DNA from: an uncultured archaeon
GTDB taxonomy: Archaea; Asgardarchaeota; Thorarchaeia; Thorarchaeales; Thorarchaeaceae
Direction of reading: 5' to 3'
Length of the DNA stretch: 64,000 nt
NCBI GenBank assembly: GCA_964354495.1
Contig: CAYHAA010000010.1
Coordinates: 40,522 to 104,521, forward strand
The notes beneath the pieces were generated by a model that made no database searches, was not told the origin of the DNA, and was given only the letters and a program-made list of their open reading frames with translations. Made by a program: the position numbers and the translations under genes. Below are positions 20,730 through 33,200 of this stretch, one piece after another (position 1 is the first letter of the stretch; each line of letters opens with the position of its first letter).

Positions 20730-21890
20730 TTGACTCGAACCTACAAGATATCCGTTCTTCCGGGTGATGGCATCGGTCGCGAAGTAATCCCCCAAGCAGT
20801 TCGCGTACTTCGCGCTGTTGAGGAGGTTGTGGGAGGCTTTCAGATCAACCTTCATGAATTCGAATGCGGCGGAGAATACTATCTCAGAGAGAAACGAGAA
20901 TGGTCACAAGAAGCAGAGGATTTCACGAAGAAGGATGCGGATGCAGTTCTATTCGGTGCGATTGGTGCAGTCAATTCAGATGGAAGTAGTGTGCAACTTC
21001 CAGATGGAAACCTGGCAGGATATAGTATAGCGATAGGTCTTCGAACGGAGCTCGATTTGTATGCCAATGTCAGACCGGTCAAACTCTATGAAGGCGTATG
21101 GACTCCTCTCAGTCAAAAGAGACCTCAAGACATTGACATGACTATAGTCCGTGAGAACACAGAGGGGCTCTACTCGCCAACCCGAGGTACTCTCAGAAGA
21201 GGGGGAATATCCGAGCTGGCAATTGATACAAGAGTGATAACGAGGAAGGGTTCCGAGAGAGTGATACGATATGCCTATCAGCTTGCTGCTGAAAGTCATG
21301 GCGCTCCCGAAGATGGTCTCAAGAGAGTCACCTGTGTCGACAAGAGCAATCTGCTTGCAGGTTGCCAACTCTTCAGAAGCGTATTCGATGAGATTGGCGT
21401 CGAGTATCCAGGAATTGAAAAGGACTATGCGTATGTTGACGCTTGGACTCAGTGGTGCCTCAGGAAACCTGAGCATTACAATGTAGTTGTCGCGCCAAAT
21501 GAATTCGGAGATATTATTACAGACCTTGGAGCAGCAGTTCAAGGAGGTCTCGGAATGGCTCCTGCAGGGAATATCGGGAGCAAGCACGGTGTCTTTGAAC
21601 CAGTGCATGGCTCAGCGCCAAAGTACTACGGACAGAATAGTGCGAATCCAATGGCTGTCATTCTTGCTCTGAGTATGATGCTTGAATGGTTGGCAGCTGA
21701 ACGCCGTGACAAGCGAGTGCAAAGAGCTGGAGAAGTGGTCAAGGCATCCGTTGCAGGGACGCTCAGAGATGGAAAGGTGCGAACGAAGGATCTCTGTGTG
21801 GGCCAATGGAGCACGGTGAACCCTAGTTCCACAGAGGATGTGACATCGGCAGTCATTGAAATGGCCAAGAGTATTGAAGGTGCGAGGTGA
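20730..21890 (+). CDS. isopropylmalate/homoisocitrate/isocitrate dehydrogenase family (probable 3-isopropylmalate dehydrogenase)
   Basis: N-terminal YKISVLPGDGIGREV (NAD/substrate loop) and NEFGDIITDL motif. It is translationally coupled (4-bp overlap) to the dehydratase large-subunit gene. Confidence 0.8.
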   Translation: MTRTYKISVLPGDGIGREVIPQAVRVLRAVEEVVGGFQINLHEFECGGEYYLREKREWSQEAEDFTKKDADAVLFGAIGAVNSDGSSVQLPDGNLAGYSIAIGLRTELDLYANVRPVKLYEGVWTPLSQKRPQDIDMTIVRENTEGLYSPTRGTLRRGGISELAIDTRVITRKGSERVIRYAYQLAAESHGAPEDGLKRVTCVDKSNLLAGCQLFRSVFDEIGVEYPGIEKDYAYVDAWTQWCLRKPEHYNVVVAPNEFGDIITDLGAAVQGGLGMAPAGNIGSKHGVFEPVHGSAPKYYGQNSANPMAVILALSMMLEWLAAERRDKRVQRAGEVVKASVAGTLRDGKVRTKDLCVGQWSTVNPSSTEDVTSAVIEMAKSIEGAR

Positions 21891-23161
21891 AATCCATGGG
21901 CAGAACTCTGGCTGAGAAACTGCTAGCAAGCCATACAGATGATGGAAAGGCCATAGCTGGAGACATCGTTGAAGCGCACGTGGACCTCCTGATGGTGCAC
22001 GAGGTTCTGGGCTCCAGAATCATTCCAATCCTAAAAGAGATGGACTTCAAGAGAGTCTGGGACCCTCAGAAGATCATTGTGGTCAATGACCACTGGGCAC
22101 CCGCATCTGACATCAATAGTGCTGAGATTCATCGCAGAAACCGCAACTTTGTTCACGAACAGGATATCACTAATTTCTGTGATGTCGATTGTGGAATATC
22201 TCACCAAGTTCTCCCCGAGAAGGGGCTTGTCGCACCCGGAGACCTGATAATCGGGAGCGACTCTCATTCAACGACCTACGGTGCATTCAACGCATTCTCT
22301 ACAGGTCTCGCGGCTACTGACTGTGCGCTCATTTTGGCAACAGGTATGTCATGGTTCATGGTTCCCGACTCGATTCGCATTGAAGTGAGAGGGCAACTAC
22401 CCAAGATGGTCATGAGCAAGGACCTCATCTTGAGAGTTCTCAGAGATCTTGGTCCCGATGGTGCGAACTACAGATCGATTGAATTCCATGGTCCAACAGT
22501 AGATACAATGGACGTAGGACCCCGAATGACAATGTGCAACATGGTTGTTGAGGCAGGGGCAAAGTGCTCGCCGATGATGGTGAACCGTTTCGTGGATTCA
22601 TGGATGAGGAATGTCGCGCCCGGACGAAGATGGACTGCCACTAGACCAGATGACAGCGCAGAATACGTCGAGAATCTTGTCTACGATATTGAAAAGGAGC
22701 CACTTGGTCCAATGGTCGCGATACCTCATAGCCCTACGAATGGTCAATCCGTTGCTGAGGTCACCGGTGTGCCAATTGATCAAGCTTTCATCGGATCCTG
22801 CACAAATGGGAGAATAGAGGACTTGGAGATAGCGGCAAGGATATTGAAAGGCAAGAAGATCAGAAACGGGGTACGTCTTATCATCACACCTGCCAGCAAA
22901 GAAACCTACATGCATGCTCTGCACGAGGGACTTATCGACATCTTCATCGATGCAGGAGGTATTGTCACCAACTCCACCTGCGGAGCATGCGTTGGAGGAC
23001 ATCTTGGAGTGCTCGGTGCAGGTGAAGTATGCATCTCAAGTACTAATCGGAACTTCCGTGGGAGGATGGGACACAAGGACGCATCAATCTACCTTGCATC
23101 GCCGGCCACAGTCGCTGCGAGTGCACTCGAGGGAGCAATAATAGATCCGAGGAAGGTGTGA
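21887..23161 (+). CDS. leuC: 3-isopropylmalate / homoaconitate dehydratase large subunit (archaeal-type aconitase family)
   Basis: N-terminus MGRTLAEKLLASH. Aconitase-family Cys ligands (GSCTNG, CGACVG). About 420 aa, the archaeal short form. Confidence 0.85.
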   Translation: MKSMGRTLAEKLLASHTDDGKAIAGDIVEAHVDLLMVHEVLGSRIIPILKEMDFKRVWDPQKIIVVNDHWAPASDINSAEIHRRNRNFVHEQDITNFCDVDCGISHQVLPEKGLVAPGDLIIGSDSHSTTYGAFNAFSTGLAATDCALILATGMSWFMVPDSIRIEVRGQLPKMVMSKDLILRVLRDLGPDGANYRSIEFHGPTVDTMDVGPRMTMCNMVVEAGAKCSPMMVNRFVDSWMRNVAPGRRWTATRPDDSAEYVENLVYDIEKEPLGPMVAIPHSPTNGQSVAEVTGVPIDQAFIGSCTNGRIEDLEIAARILKGKKIRNGVRLIITPASKETYMHALHEGLIDIFIDAGGIVTNSTCGACVGGHLGVLGAGEVCISSTNRNFRGRMGHKDASIYLASPATVAASALEGAIIDPRKV

Positions 23162-23164
23162 CAC

Positions 23165-23677
23165 TTGACAAGAGACCTTGCGAACATCACGGGGAGAGCA
23201 TGGGTATTTGGAAAGGACATTGACACAGACCAGATTATACAGGGCCAATATCTCACCATTCTGGACTATGCTGAGATGGCCAAGCACACATTCGAGATCC
23301 CTCGCCCGCTGTTTGTCTCGAAGGTGAAGAAGAACGATATAGTGATAGCTGGACGCAATTTCGGAGGGGGCTCATCTCGAGAAGAGGCTCCAAGGGTCCT
23401 CCTTGAGTCGGGGATTGGTTGTGTGATTGCAGAGTCTTTTGCACGCATCTTCTACCGCAATGGCTTCAATGTCGGTCTTCCCCTCCTCATCATCCAAAAC
23501 GCGGCCAAGTTAGTAAGTGATGGAGAATCCGTGATAGTGAATCTGATCGAGGGCACAGTCACCATCCGTCGGAGCGGTGACGTGATTCACGGCAAACCTC
23601 TGACAGAGAGAATCCTGAACCTCTTGAGTGCAGGCGGTGCAGTCCAGTGGTATAGAAAGACAGCTGGAAAACGCTAA
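23165..23677 (+). CDS. leuD: 3-isopropylmalate / homoaconitate dehydratase small subunit
   Basis: 170 aa, immediately downstream of the large subunit. LeuD-like motifs (GRNFGGGSSREEAP). Confidence 0.8.
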   Translation: MTRDLANITGRAWVFGKDIDTDQIIQGQYLTILDYAEMAKHTFEIPRPLFVSKVKKNDIVIAGRNFGGGSSREEAPRVLLESGIGCVIAESFARIFYRNGFNVGLPLLIIQNAAKLVSDGESVIVNLIEGTVTIRRSGDVIHGKPLTERILNLLSAGGAVQWYRKTAGKR

Positions 23678-23728
23678 AAGGCTCTACTTATTAGCTTCAG
23701 GCAATATTGTCAGCTAAGAGGTCATTCG

Positions 23729-25513
23729 ATGAATGCGCTACTATTCCTTCTGATTTCTCTCATTGCACATGCAATCCCAATGCCGTTTTCAAGGCAATAC
23801 AGGAAACCAAGCAGTATGATCAAATGGTTGCCCATGCGTTTCATATGGGGAACAGTCGCTTGGGTCATCATCTGCCTGATTTTTGGTTCAGTACTTCCTT
23901 GGGCAATCCTTGGACTGATCATGAGCCTAGCAGCTCTTATGATGATCACGAGCGGATTTCGCCCCGGTGGTCGCTTTGAGGATATGCTAGAGGGCATCCG
24001 AGTTCCCTATGCGTGCATTGGTCTAATTATTCTGATAACAGTACCAACGTTCGGAGGGATAATTGGATGGACCTCAGGACTTGCAAATGCACAATATTTC
24101 GACTCCATGATCACAGAAACCGACGCTCCGCTCTTCACGAACCCCATCCCGGATAGAATGGTCAGGCTCGTCACAGAAGAATATGCGACGTATGTTGCAA
24201 GCCAGCACCTGTCACCCTTTGGATCCAACAACATAGTGGCAGCGGCACACATCACAATTAAGAACGGGACACTTGTGTGGGTGTGTACGATAGTATCAAC
24301 GAATGTTCTTGCTGAGAACTATGTCAAGGGCTTCATTGTTATCGATGCAAACGACCCGCAAACAGTCGAGCCATATCCAATCACTTCAACAACCATCCCA
24401 GTGGGAGAGGGTCTCTTCTGGGACAGAAACATCCAGTTCGGGAACTACTTGAATGACATTACTTCGTTGTATGAATATGCATATCCTACATGGGACCCCT
24501 CTGGTAATCTTGTCTATGTTCAGACACGAACGCCTCTTGGCTTCGATTTCGTAGAGGCTGCAACTGGTCCAATTATCTATGCGGAGAATGGCTCCGTCTT
24601 TGCGTATGATACAATCGCAGATACACCAAGCTGGGTCACTCAGGCATACTCTGAGGAATGGCTTGAACGGCAGATAACAAGATGGGGTAGCTTCAGAAGA
24701 GGAAGCGGATTCGACCTCTTTGCTGGTGGACTCTTGTGGTTTATCGCACCATCGAACGATAGGCTCGAGATGACAGAGGATACGAGATACATACTGAATC
24801 CAGACACGGAACGAATCGAGGCTTTCTTAGCTGTGAATCCAGTGAATGCACCCAATACTCTCGCAGGAGTGCTAAGAGCAACACAGAATGAGGTGTTTTA
24901 TCACGACCTTAGCGGAGAAGGGTACGTCAGCGGTTCAACTGCAGTAGCTAATGTAATTGCCGCGATAGGGCCACCTGCGAGCGGCAACTATTATGGGGCA
25001 ATGCCGCTTCTCTACCCTGTCGTCATCAATTCAACAGTCACAAAATGGACATGGTACACACCCATCTATTGGACTGATGCGTACTACTCCGAGGATCTTG
25101 GAGACTACGTTGCCTCCAACATGAGACTTCATGCTCTTGGTATGGTCGATGCATCGAACATAGATCGATACGTCTGGCTTCCGCTAGGTGGAGCATTATC
25201 AGGTGAGAATCTCGTACATCAGGTCAGAACCGATTACGTCGCTCTTCTTGGTGGCGAAATCGAAGAGGAGCCCTCAGACACCTTCATCATCACTGCAAAT
25301 GTGACAGGTACGACCTCTTTTGTACAAAATAGTCAGCAGCATGTACTGTTGCGGACAGACAACGTCACCTATGAGTTCTTGGAGGGTGCACAGGCTTGGA
25401 TGAATACGACGGACTGGTACACTCTTCTGTTCCTCGATGTGGGCGATAACTTCACAGCAACAGTCCTCCAAGTCGGAGATGTCTACAGAATCATCGCAAT
25501 CGTCAAGAACTAG
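23729..25513 (+). CDS. membrane protein with four to five N-terminal transmembrane helices and a large extracellular domain, hypothetical
   Basis: Hydrophobic helices in the first roughly 120 aa are followed by about 470 aa of Thr/Tyr-rich, non-hydrophobic sequence. Confidence 0.5.
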   Translation: MNALLFLLISLIAHAIPMPFSRQYRKPSSMIKWLPMRFIWGTVAWVIICLIFGSVLPWAILGLIMSLAALMMITSGFRPGGRFEDMLEGIRVPYACIGLIILITVPTFGGIIGWTSGLANAQYFDSMITETDAPLFTNPIPDRMVRLVTEEYATYVASQHLSPFGSNNIVAAAHITIKNGTLVWVCTIVSTNVLAENYVKGFIVIDANDPQTVEPYPITSTTIPVGEGLFWDRNIQFGNYLNDITSLYEYAYPTWDPSGNLVYVQTRTPLGFDFVEAATGPIIYAENGSVFAYDTIADTPSWVTQAYSEEWLERQITRWGSFRRGSGFDLFAGGLLWFIAPSNDRLEMTEDTRYILNPDTERIEAFLAVNPVNAPNTLAGVLRATQNEVFYHDLSGEGYVSGSTAVANVIAAIGPPASGNYYGAMPLLYPVVINSTVTKWTWYTPIYWTDAYYSEDLGDYVASNMRLHALGMVDASNIDRYVWLPLGGALSGENLVHQVRTDYVALLGGEIEEEPSDTFIITANVTGTTSFVQNSQQHVLLRTDNVTYEFLEGAQAWMNTTDWYTLLFLDVGDNFTATVLQVGDVYRIIAIVKN

Positions 25514-25560
25514 TGGAAGGAGGGAATCCCCTCCCTCCCTTGGTATTTTTCAGCGAATCG

Positions 25561-26763
25561 CTACTTTGGGAAGAACTCCTTGAACACTTCACGCTGAATG
25601 AGGAATCGAAGAATCTCGGCTGTTCCACCGCCGATCGTCATCAGACGCGCGTCTCTCATGAAGCGTTCAACAGGATAGTCAGTCGTGTAGCCCATACCAC
25701 CTAGAATTTGGAGCGCATCATTAGTGACTTGAACAGCAGCCTCGGTTGTATAGAGCTTTGCAATTGAGGCAGCCTTAGTAATCTTCTGACCCCGGTCGTA
25801 CATCCTTGCAGCTGTGAGCGTGAGAGCACGGCCTGCCTCCAGTTTCATTGCCATGTCTGCGATCTTGAAACTTACTCCCTCAAACTCATTGATAGGCCGG
25901 CCAAATTGGTGGCGCTCAGTTGAGTACTTGACAGCAATCTCATAGGGTGTTCTGCCATAGCCAATAGCCTCTCCGGCAATCGCAGTCCTCTCAGAGTCCA
26001 GCTCGTCCATCAGAATATGGAATCCCTGACCAGGTTCCCCGAGTATCATATTACCTGGAACTCGAACATCCTCTAGTTTCAACCACGAAACCCGAGCAGA
26101 CTTCATTCCGAGCAAGTCATGGTCTTTGACAACGGTGAATCCCTCACTCTTGGTGTCGACGATGAAAGCAGACATGCCATCCTTAGCCTTCACAGCGGGG
26201 TCAGTGATAGCAAACGCACACATGTAGTCGGCTTGGCTTCCATTTGTGATGAAGCGCTTTTCGCCATTGAGGATCCAGCCATCACCGTCCCTCTTCGCTC
26301 GGGTCTTCATTCCTGCAGTATCAGACCCCACATCAGGTTCAGTGATACCAATGCATCCAATCTTATCTCCTGCAACAACAGGCCTGAGATACTTCCTCTT
26401 CTGTTCAGGCGTTCCAAACCTTTCCACAGGCATGCCATAGAGAGTTGTAGAGGCCATGCGTGCCATGTCCAGGCCGGCATTTGTGGCTGAGATCTCTTCA
26501 GCAACGATAATCTCATACGACAGGCCACGTTTTGTCCCACCTACTGATTTGTCATGGTGTACTCCCATGTAACCCGCCTTGCCAATTTTCCTCAGCAGTT
26601 CCCTTGGATAGGGGCCCTTGTCAATCTCATCCGCAATAGGAGCAATCTCCCTATCACAGAAAGCGCGGACTTCTCTCCGAAACTCGACCTCATCATCGGT
26701 CCAAAGTGCATTCGATAGGTGCTCAACCATTCCTGAAACCCGTGCCTTCTGCCGAGAACTCAC
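25561..26763 (-). CDS. acyl-CoA dehydrogenase
   Basis: ACAD signatures along the full length, including C-terminal GGMGYTTDYPVERFMRDARLMTIGGGTAEI. Confidence 0.9.
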   Translation of the reverse strand: MSSRQKARVSGMVEHLSNALWTDDEVEFRREVRAFCDREIAPIADEIDKGPYPRELLRKIGKAGYMGVHHDKSVGGTKRGLSYEIIVAEEISATNAGLDMARMASTTLYGMPVERFGTPEQKRKYLRPVVAGDKIGCIGITEPDVGSDTAGMKTRAKRDGDGWILNGEKRFITNGSQADYMCAFAITDPAVKAKDGMSAFIVDTKSEGFTVVKDHDLLGMKSARVSWLKLEDVRVPGNMILGEPGQGFHILMDELDSERTAIAGEAIGYGRTPYEIAVKYSTERHQFGRPINEFEGVSFKIADMAMKLEAGRALTLTAARMYDRGQKITKAASIAKLYTTEAAVQVTNDALQILGGMGYTTDYPVERFMRDARLMTIGGGTAEILRFLIQREVFKEFFPK

Positions 26764-26800
26764 TTAAATCACTAACTGGAAGCGCCGATCAGCATGTCAA

Positions 26801-27124
26801 TCATGAGAGTAGCCTGAAACGAAGTAGATTCGATCTGTCAGGAGCGACTTCGACAGGATCTCCAATCTCAGGCTTTGAATCATCTTTGCTGCCAGCTAAG
26901 CATAATACGACTGCGCCTTGGTCCAGCTCCACCAGAGCCATCGTCAACGGGGGAGTGAATCCTTCGGGAGGCATCTCTAGAGTTGTGTGGCTGAGAATGG
27001 TGCCCTCGCCGTTGATCTTCTGTTTGACCATCTCTCCTGCGGCCTTTCCGCAATATGGACAGATGTCACGTGGCGGAACGATTGTTCGAGAACAGCGCTT
27101 GCAATGAGAGGCTTGAATCTTCAT
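26801..27124 (-). CDS. DUF35 OB-fold/zinc-ribbon protein (thiolase-associated)
   Basis: CKRCSRTIVPPRDICPYCG rubredoxin-like zinc ribbon followed by an OB-fold-like segment. This family normally sits next to archaeal thiolase genes. Confidence 0.65.
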   Translation of the reverse strand: MKIQASHCKRCSRTIVPPRDICPYCGKAAGEMVKQKINGEGTILSHTTLEMPPEGFTPPLTMALVELDQGAVVLCLAGSKDDSKPEIGDPVEVAPDRSNLLRFRLLS

Positions 27125-27202
27125 GATCTGTATCGACGAGATAGGAGACCTGAGTCTGTGAAAAGACTTCCGACAGGGCAGTCGGAAGCCCTGTCACATG
27201 AA

Positions 27203-30200
27203 TCATTCAGGTTCCATAAATGATTCTAGGAGGCTAATCAGTTCCTTCTTCGAGAGACGTTTCAGTTCGTCAGGGCTGACAGTAGCTTTGAAATCTGAAG
27301 GAAGAAGCTCGACTAGTGTCTTCTTGTCCAGTTTTGATAGCTCCTTAATGCCGAGTGGAACATCTGAAACGCCAGCTTCCGCAGAGCGGGTTATTGGTTC
27401 AGGAAGCAGCTCCTTGGAAGGAGTATATGAGTCAAGAAGTGACTGAGCCTCCTTTCGAGACATCTTTTCGAGATCCTCTTTGGCTATAGCATCTCGAATC
27501 TCAGGAGGTAGTCTATCCAGGATTTCCTGCTTAGTCAGTGGTTTCTCCACTTCTATCGCAGGCATTGATTCAGGTAATGTCGTAGTCGCGGGAGCTGTTA
27601 ATGCCTCAATGGTCTCCATCTCAACGTCTTCTGCCAACAGAGGTTCTTTCCTGACAGGTTCGGTCGGTTGGACCTCCTCAGCAACATGCAGCTCATCAGC
27701 AGACGTGCTAGTTGTCTCTATTTCCTCGATAGTCGGGGCCTCAGCCGCCCGGGGTACTTCAAGAGGTTCATGCACCTCTGAAACAGGGAGTTCGGCAGGC
27801 GGATAAGTGTCTGGCTCAGGTTCAGCTGGTTCAGTGCTAGTTTCTTCAATATGTGAATCAGCAGGAGCAGTGGCCGTTTCATCATATATTCCGAAGTCGG
27901 AGGGCTCAATATCGGTGATTCCTGCGCTGACTGCACCGTGTCTTCTGCGGGAAGCAATGAGTGCAACACCAATCAAACCGACACCCACACCGCCGCCAAT
28001 CAGTAGGAGGGTCATCGTATCTGGGGCAAATCCCGGAACAGCAACCCATTCAATCTCTACGCTCAAATTGGCTGAATCGAGAGCGGAGATTCCATACAGG
28101 CTGTCTGATATGCTCTCAACAGAGAAAGTGTAGTTGCCTGCAGTGTTCCTAGTGACGCTAACGCTCCAATAGGCACCTGCTGAGTTGTATGTCATTGCAT
28201 TGGTTGCACCAGTCAGAGATACCGAGCCACTAGTAAACGGACTCTCATCAAACTCGTATACGAGAGTGACTCGTATCTCTGTTGCAACTCCGACATCTTG
28301 GGAGAATGACGTCGCAGTGATTGAGGTCACCTGAACTCTGTCCCAGATGATCACCAGATCAGCAGCTGATTGTACGTAACTGCTGATTTCACCAAGTGAT
28401 GCAGAGATGATGCTGAATGAATAACTTCCTACGGTACTCTGAGTGACTGATGCCACATAGACACCACTGGATGGGATACAAGTGATGTCGCCTGTCATCA
28501 CGGCCACAACACCATTTGGTACGGTTACACCTGCGTTCTCAAGTCTTGCACTCCATTGGACCAAAGCCGTATCACCCATACCCAATCTGCTATGGTCAAC
28601 AGATACTGAGTAGAATTCAATTCGGTCCCAATAGACAGTGACTTCATTCGAATCCATATTGAATTCAGTTATACCGTAGAGTGCGGCATTGCAGAGAGTA
28701 AGAAGGTCAAACGATACAGCTTGGTAGGTAGCCTCGGTGACATAGGTTTCCCATAGGCCGGACCCGACATGAGTCAGTGCATGACCTTCAATCGCAAATG
28801 TGCCGGAAGTGACAGACAACGCATCGTACTCATACTGTAGACCGACTATGACTCTCACATTGTCGCCGGGGTCATGGTACAGCTCGTCAGCTGTGATTGA
28901 AGTGACTAGTACTCGGTCCCAAATGCAGTAGACAACATCATTGGAGAGGATGGCGGTGATTCCGAATGAATCATCCGCTGCAGAGAGGACAGTGTAGCCT
29001 TGTATCTGCGGCGTAGCGTACGAGAAGTAAGTGTTGTTCAGCGCGAGAGCTCCATCAAATGTAGCACCATCATATGCATAGATGGCGCTCACGTAGATCC
29101 CCGTTGCGTTGGCTCCAACGTTGACTCGCATATCAGTCGGATTGGTCATGGTGATGATCAGAGCATCCCAGATTGCCTGCACATCAGTTGTAGAATCAGA
29201 CCATTCTGTCAGCCCATGTATTGACTCTACAACTGAAACAACAGTGAATCCTGCAGATATCGGAACAGATGAGGTCTCCTGCCATCGCCAGTACGAGCCA
29301 CCGGCGTTCCAGATCAAGGTCCTTGATCCATTGAGCTGGATCAGCAATCCACTCTGAATCTCAGTTCCGTTGTATTCGTATCGTGCTCTCCACCATACTT
29401 CACAGTAGGAATTGATGTTGATTCGCAAGTCGACGACTCCAGCCAGATAGATCTCAATCCTGTCAGTGATGAAGGTGTCAGTGGGGCTGGTCGAGAAGTA
29501 CAAGTCAGTACTCCCTGAGCCAGCACCCTCAGCCACAGTCTTGATGGTGTAGGTGTTCAACCTGATGGAGGCAGAGGATCCAATGCTGGAGATACTGAAA
29601 CTGCCAGCAGCCAGGTCACCATTCCAACTGCCTGCAACATCATGGATAATCCAGACATCAGTCTCATTTGCGAGAGGGCTAAGACTGGAGCCATAGTATG
29701 TGATGGACCCGGACACGACAAGGTCGGTGGTATTCACATCACCATGGTCGTCAGACAATGATGGTGTAACTGAATAATCAAGACGTGTTTCCACATCCCA
29801 GTTCGTCTCGTAGGAGTCTGAATCTGAATCAGTGCCATCGAAGACAGACTGCTCCACATCAGAATCAGCAGTGTGTTCATGATCCCAACCTATTTTCAGA
29901 TACCAGGTGATACTCAGCGTATTCCCAGCTCCGACTGCATCGGACATGCTGCCGATGACTACAACTGCGCCACCCACTTCGACAGAGAATGTATCGGTCG
30001 AATATGTGTATCGCACTCTCCAATATAGAGTAACTCGATCGTCAGAGTAGAGCGATAACTCGACATAGCTAATGTCTGCAAAGCCATCCGGGTCACTGAC
30101 AGATGTAATGATGATGTAGTATCGATACCGAGCATATAGGCGGTCCGTATCATCTCCGTTAGTGAGTGTTGGAGCAGAATCATTCATTGGAGGATTGTTG

Positions 30201-33200
30201 GGTTCAGAGGACCAGGTAACCAGCCAAGCGTTCGTAGAGAATGCTGTTATACTATAGTTCGATTCGAATGAGATACTACGCGTTGTGTAGCTGTAGGAGA
30301 TGTTGTACCCAACATCAACGAAGAGACTGACATTAGCACCAATGAATGAGTGCCACCATGTTGAGTTTCTCTGTACGACTATCTGATATGATGTACAGGC
30401 GGCGTCATCATAATCAAAGATGACTGTAAGCGAGAAATTAGCTTGGACACCGTTCAAGGGAGTGGAATCATCAACTCCAATCGTAATGACAAGCTGATCC
30501 CATATGCAATATGTCGCATCATTGGCTGAGATCGCTCTGATTCCATGAGTTCCACCACTTGCTGAGTCCACAGTGTACCACTGAATCTGAGCTGTGCCGT
30601 AAGTGAACTGAGTGTTGTTAAGAATCAAAACACCGTCGAAAACAGAGCCATCATAGTCATGCACAGCACTAGTAACGATACCTGACGCATTAGTGTTGAC
30701 ATTGATACGTTGATCTGTGGAGTCACTGATGGTTATCGTAAGCGAGTCCCAGATACAATATGTTGCATCATTGGCTGAGATCGCTGTGATACCATGAGTT
30801 CCACCACTCGCTGATAGGACTGTATACCACTGAATCTGTGCTGTTGAATACGTGAATTGTGTATTATTGAGAGTGAGAGATCCATCAAAAGCCGACCCAT
30901 CATAGTTGTAGACGGCGGCCACTATAATTCCAGAGGCATTTGTATTGATGTCAATGTGCTGGTCAAGTGGTTCTGTGATGACTATCCTCAACGAGTCCCA
31001 GATACAGTAGGTCACATCGTTGTTGGAGATTGCAGTGATTCCAAAGGCACCACCACTCGCAGAACCCAGTGTGTACCACTGGATCTGAGCTGTGCCATAT
31101 GAGAACTGACTGTTGTTTAAGGTCAGAACACCATCGAAAACAGAGCCATCATAGTCGTAGATGGCGCTCACGATGATTCCTGTTGCATTCGCATTGATGT
31201 TTATTCGTTGGTCCGAAGGGTCTGTCAGTGATACAGTGAGTGAATCCCAGATGCAATAGGTCACATCATTCGCAGATACTGCTGTAATCCCGTAGGTTCC
31301 TTCACTAACGCCCTGCACAGTGTACCACTGAATCTGAGCTGTGCTATAAGCAAACAGTGTGTTGTTCAGCGTAAGGATTCCATCGAATTCAGCGCCATCG
31401 TAGTCATAGACCGCTGTGATGACAATTCCAGATGCGTTTGTATTGATGTTTATTCGCTGGTCCAAGGGATCTGTAATCGAAATTGTCAGCGAGTCCCAGA
31501 TGCAGTAGGTCACATCATTTGTCGAGATTGCTGTAATCCCATGAGTTCCACCTGAGACTGACTGTACTGTGTAAGCCTGCCTCTGTGAAATGCTGTAGGT
31601 AAATTGCGTGTTGTTGAGGGTTAGAGTGCCATCGAACGCAGCTCCATCATAATCGTAGGTTGCAGTCAAAATGATTCCCGTTGCATTCGCATTGACATTG
31701 ATTCGCTGATCCAAGGGGGCGGTGAGGACAATAGTCAGTGAGTCCCAGATGCAGTAGGTCACATCATTTGTCGAGATTGCCGTAATCCCATGAGTCCCAC
31801 CTGAAACTGATTGCACGGTGTAGCCCTGTTTCTGGGCTATGGCATATGCGAATTGAGTATTATTGAGGGTGAATGTGCCGTCGAATGCAGCACCATCATA
31901 GTCGTATATTACTGTTACCACGACGGCGGATGCATTGCTGCTTATATTGATTCGTTGATCAGTAGGGTCTGTAATGGCGATAGTAAGTGAGTCCCAAATA
32001 CAGTAGGTAACATCATTTGCTGAGATTGCTGTGATTCCATAAGTTCCCCCACTCACACCCTGAACAGTGTACCACTGAATCTGAGCAGTAGCATAGACGA
32101 ATTGCGTGTTGTTGAGTATGAGCATTCCGTCAAACGGTGCAGAGTCATAGTCATGGACTGCAGAAACAACTATTCCTGAAGCATTCGTATTGATGTTGAT
32201 GCGCCGGTCCAGAGGGTCAGTAATCGTGATTGTAAGCGAGTCCCAGATGCAATAAGACACATCGTTACTTGAGATAGTAGTGATGCCATAGACCCCGCCG
32301 CTCGCACTCTGGACACTATACCACTGAATTTGAACACTGCTGTAGATGAATAGAGTGTTGTTCAGTGTCAATATACCATCGAAAGTAGAGTCGTCATACT
32401 CATAGACAGCAGAAACGATTATTCCGGATGCGTTCGTATTGATATTGATACGTTGGTCGATGGGGTCAGTCATTATGATTCTCAAAGAGTCCCAGATGCA
32501 CCAAGTCATGTCGTTGGCCGATATTGCTGTGATTCCATAGGCCCCGCCACTCACGCTCTGAACAGTGTACCACTGGATTTGAGCAAGGGCATAGCTGAAT
32601 TGAGTGTTATTGAGGCCGACTGTACCATCGAAGGCAGAACCATCATAGTCGTAGAATGCAGTCACGACTATCCCGGACGCATTCGTATTGACGTTGATAC
32701 GCTGGTCAGAAGGATCAGTGACTACAACCGTGAGTGAGTCCCAAATACAATATGCTGCTTCATCAATGGAGACTGCTGTTATACCGAAGGCGCCACCACT
32801 CACTGAGCTCACCCGGTACCATTGAATCTGAGCCGTGGCGTAGCTGAATTGCGTGTTGTTCAGAGAGAGGACTCCATCAAATGCTGAGCCATCGTAATCA
32901 TAGATGGCACTGATGACAATGCCAGAGGCGTTGGTGTTGATGTTAATTCGCTGATCTGACGGATCAGTGATTGTGATTGTGAGCGAGTCCCATATGCAAT
33001 ATGTGACGTCGTTGCTGGAAATCAGTGTAATTCCATAGGTATCACCTGAAGCCGACTGCACAGTGTAACCTTGCCTCTGAGCTACAGCGTACACGAATTG
33101 GGTGCTGTTAATGGTCAACGCACCATCGTACGTGGTGCCATCATAGTCGTATACCGCAGTAACTACAATACCTGACGCATTGGTGTTGATGTTGATTCTT

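Noticed and set aside
20976-21608. 210-aa minus-strand ORF inside the dehydrogenase gene, and the 22598-23002 minus ORF inside leuC
   Set aside because: The plus-strand frames have clear family signatures (YKISVLPGDGIGREV and the aconitase-family Cys ligands). The antisense ORFs have none.
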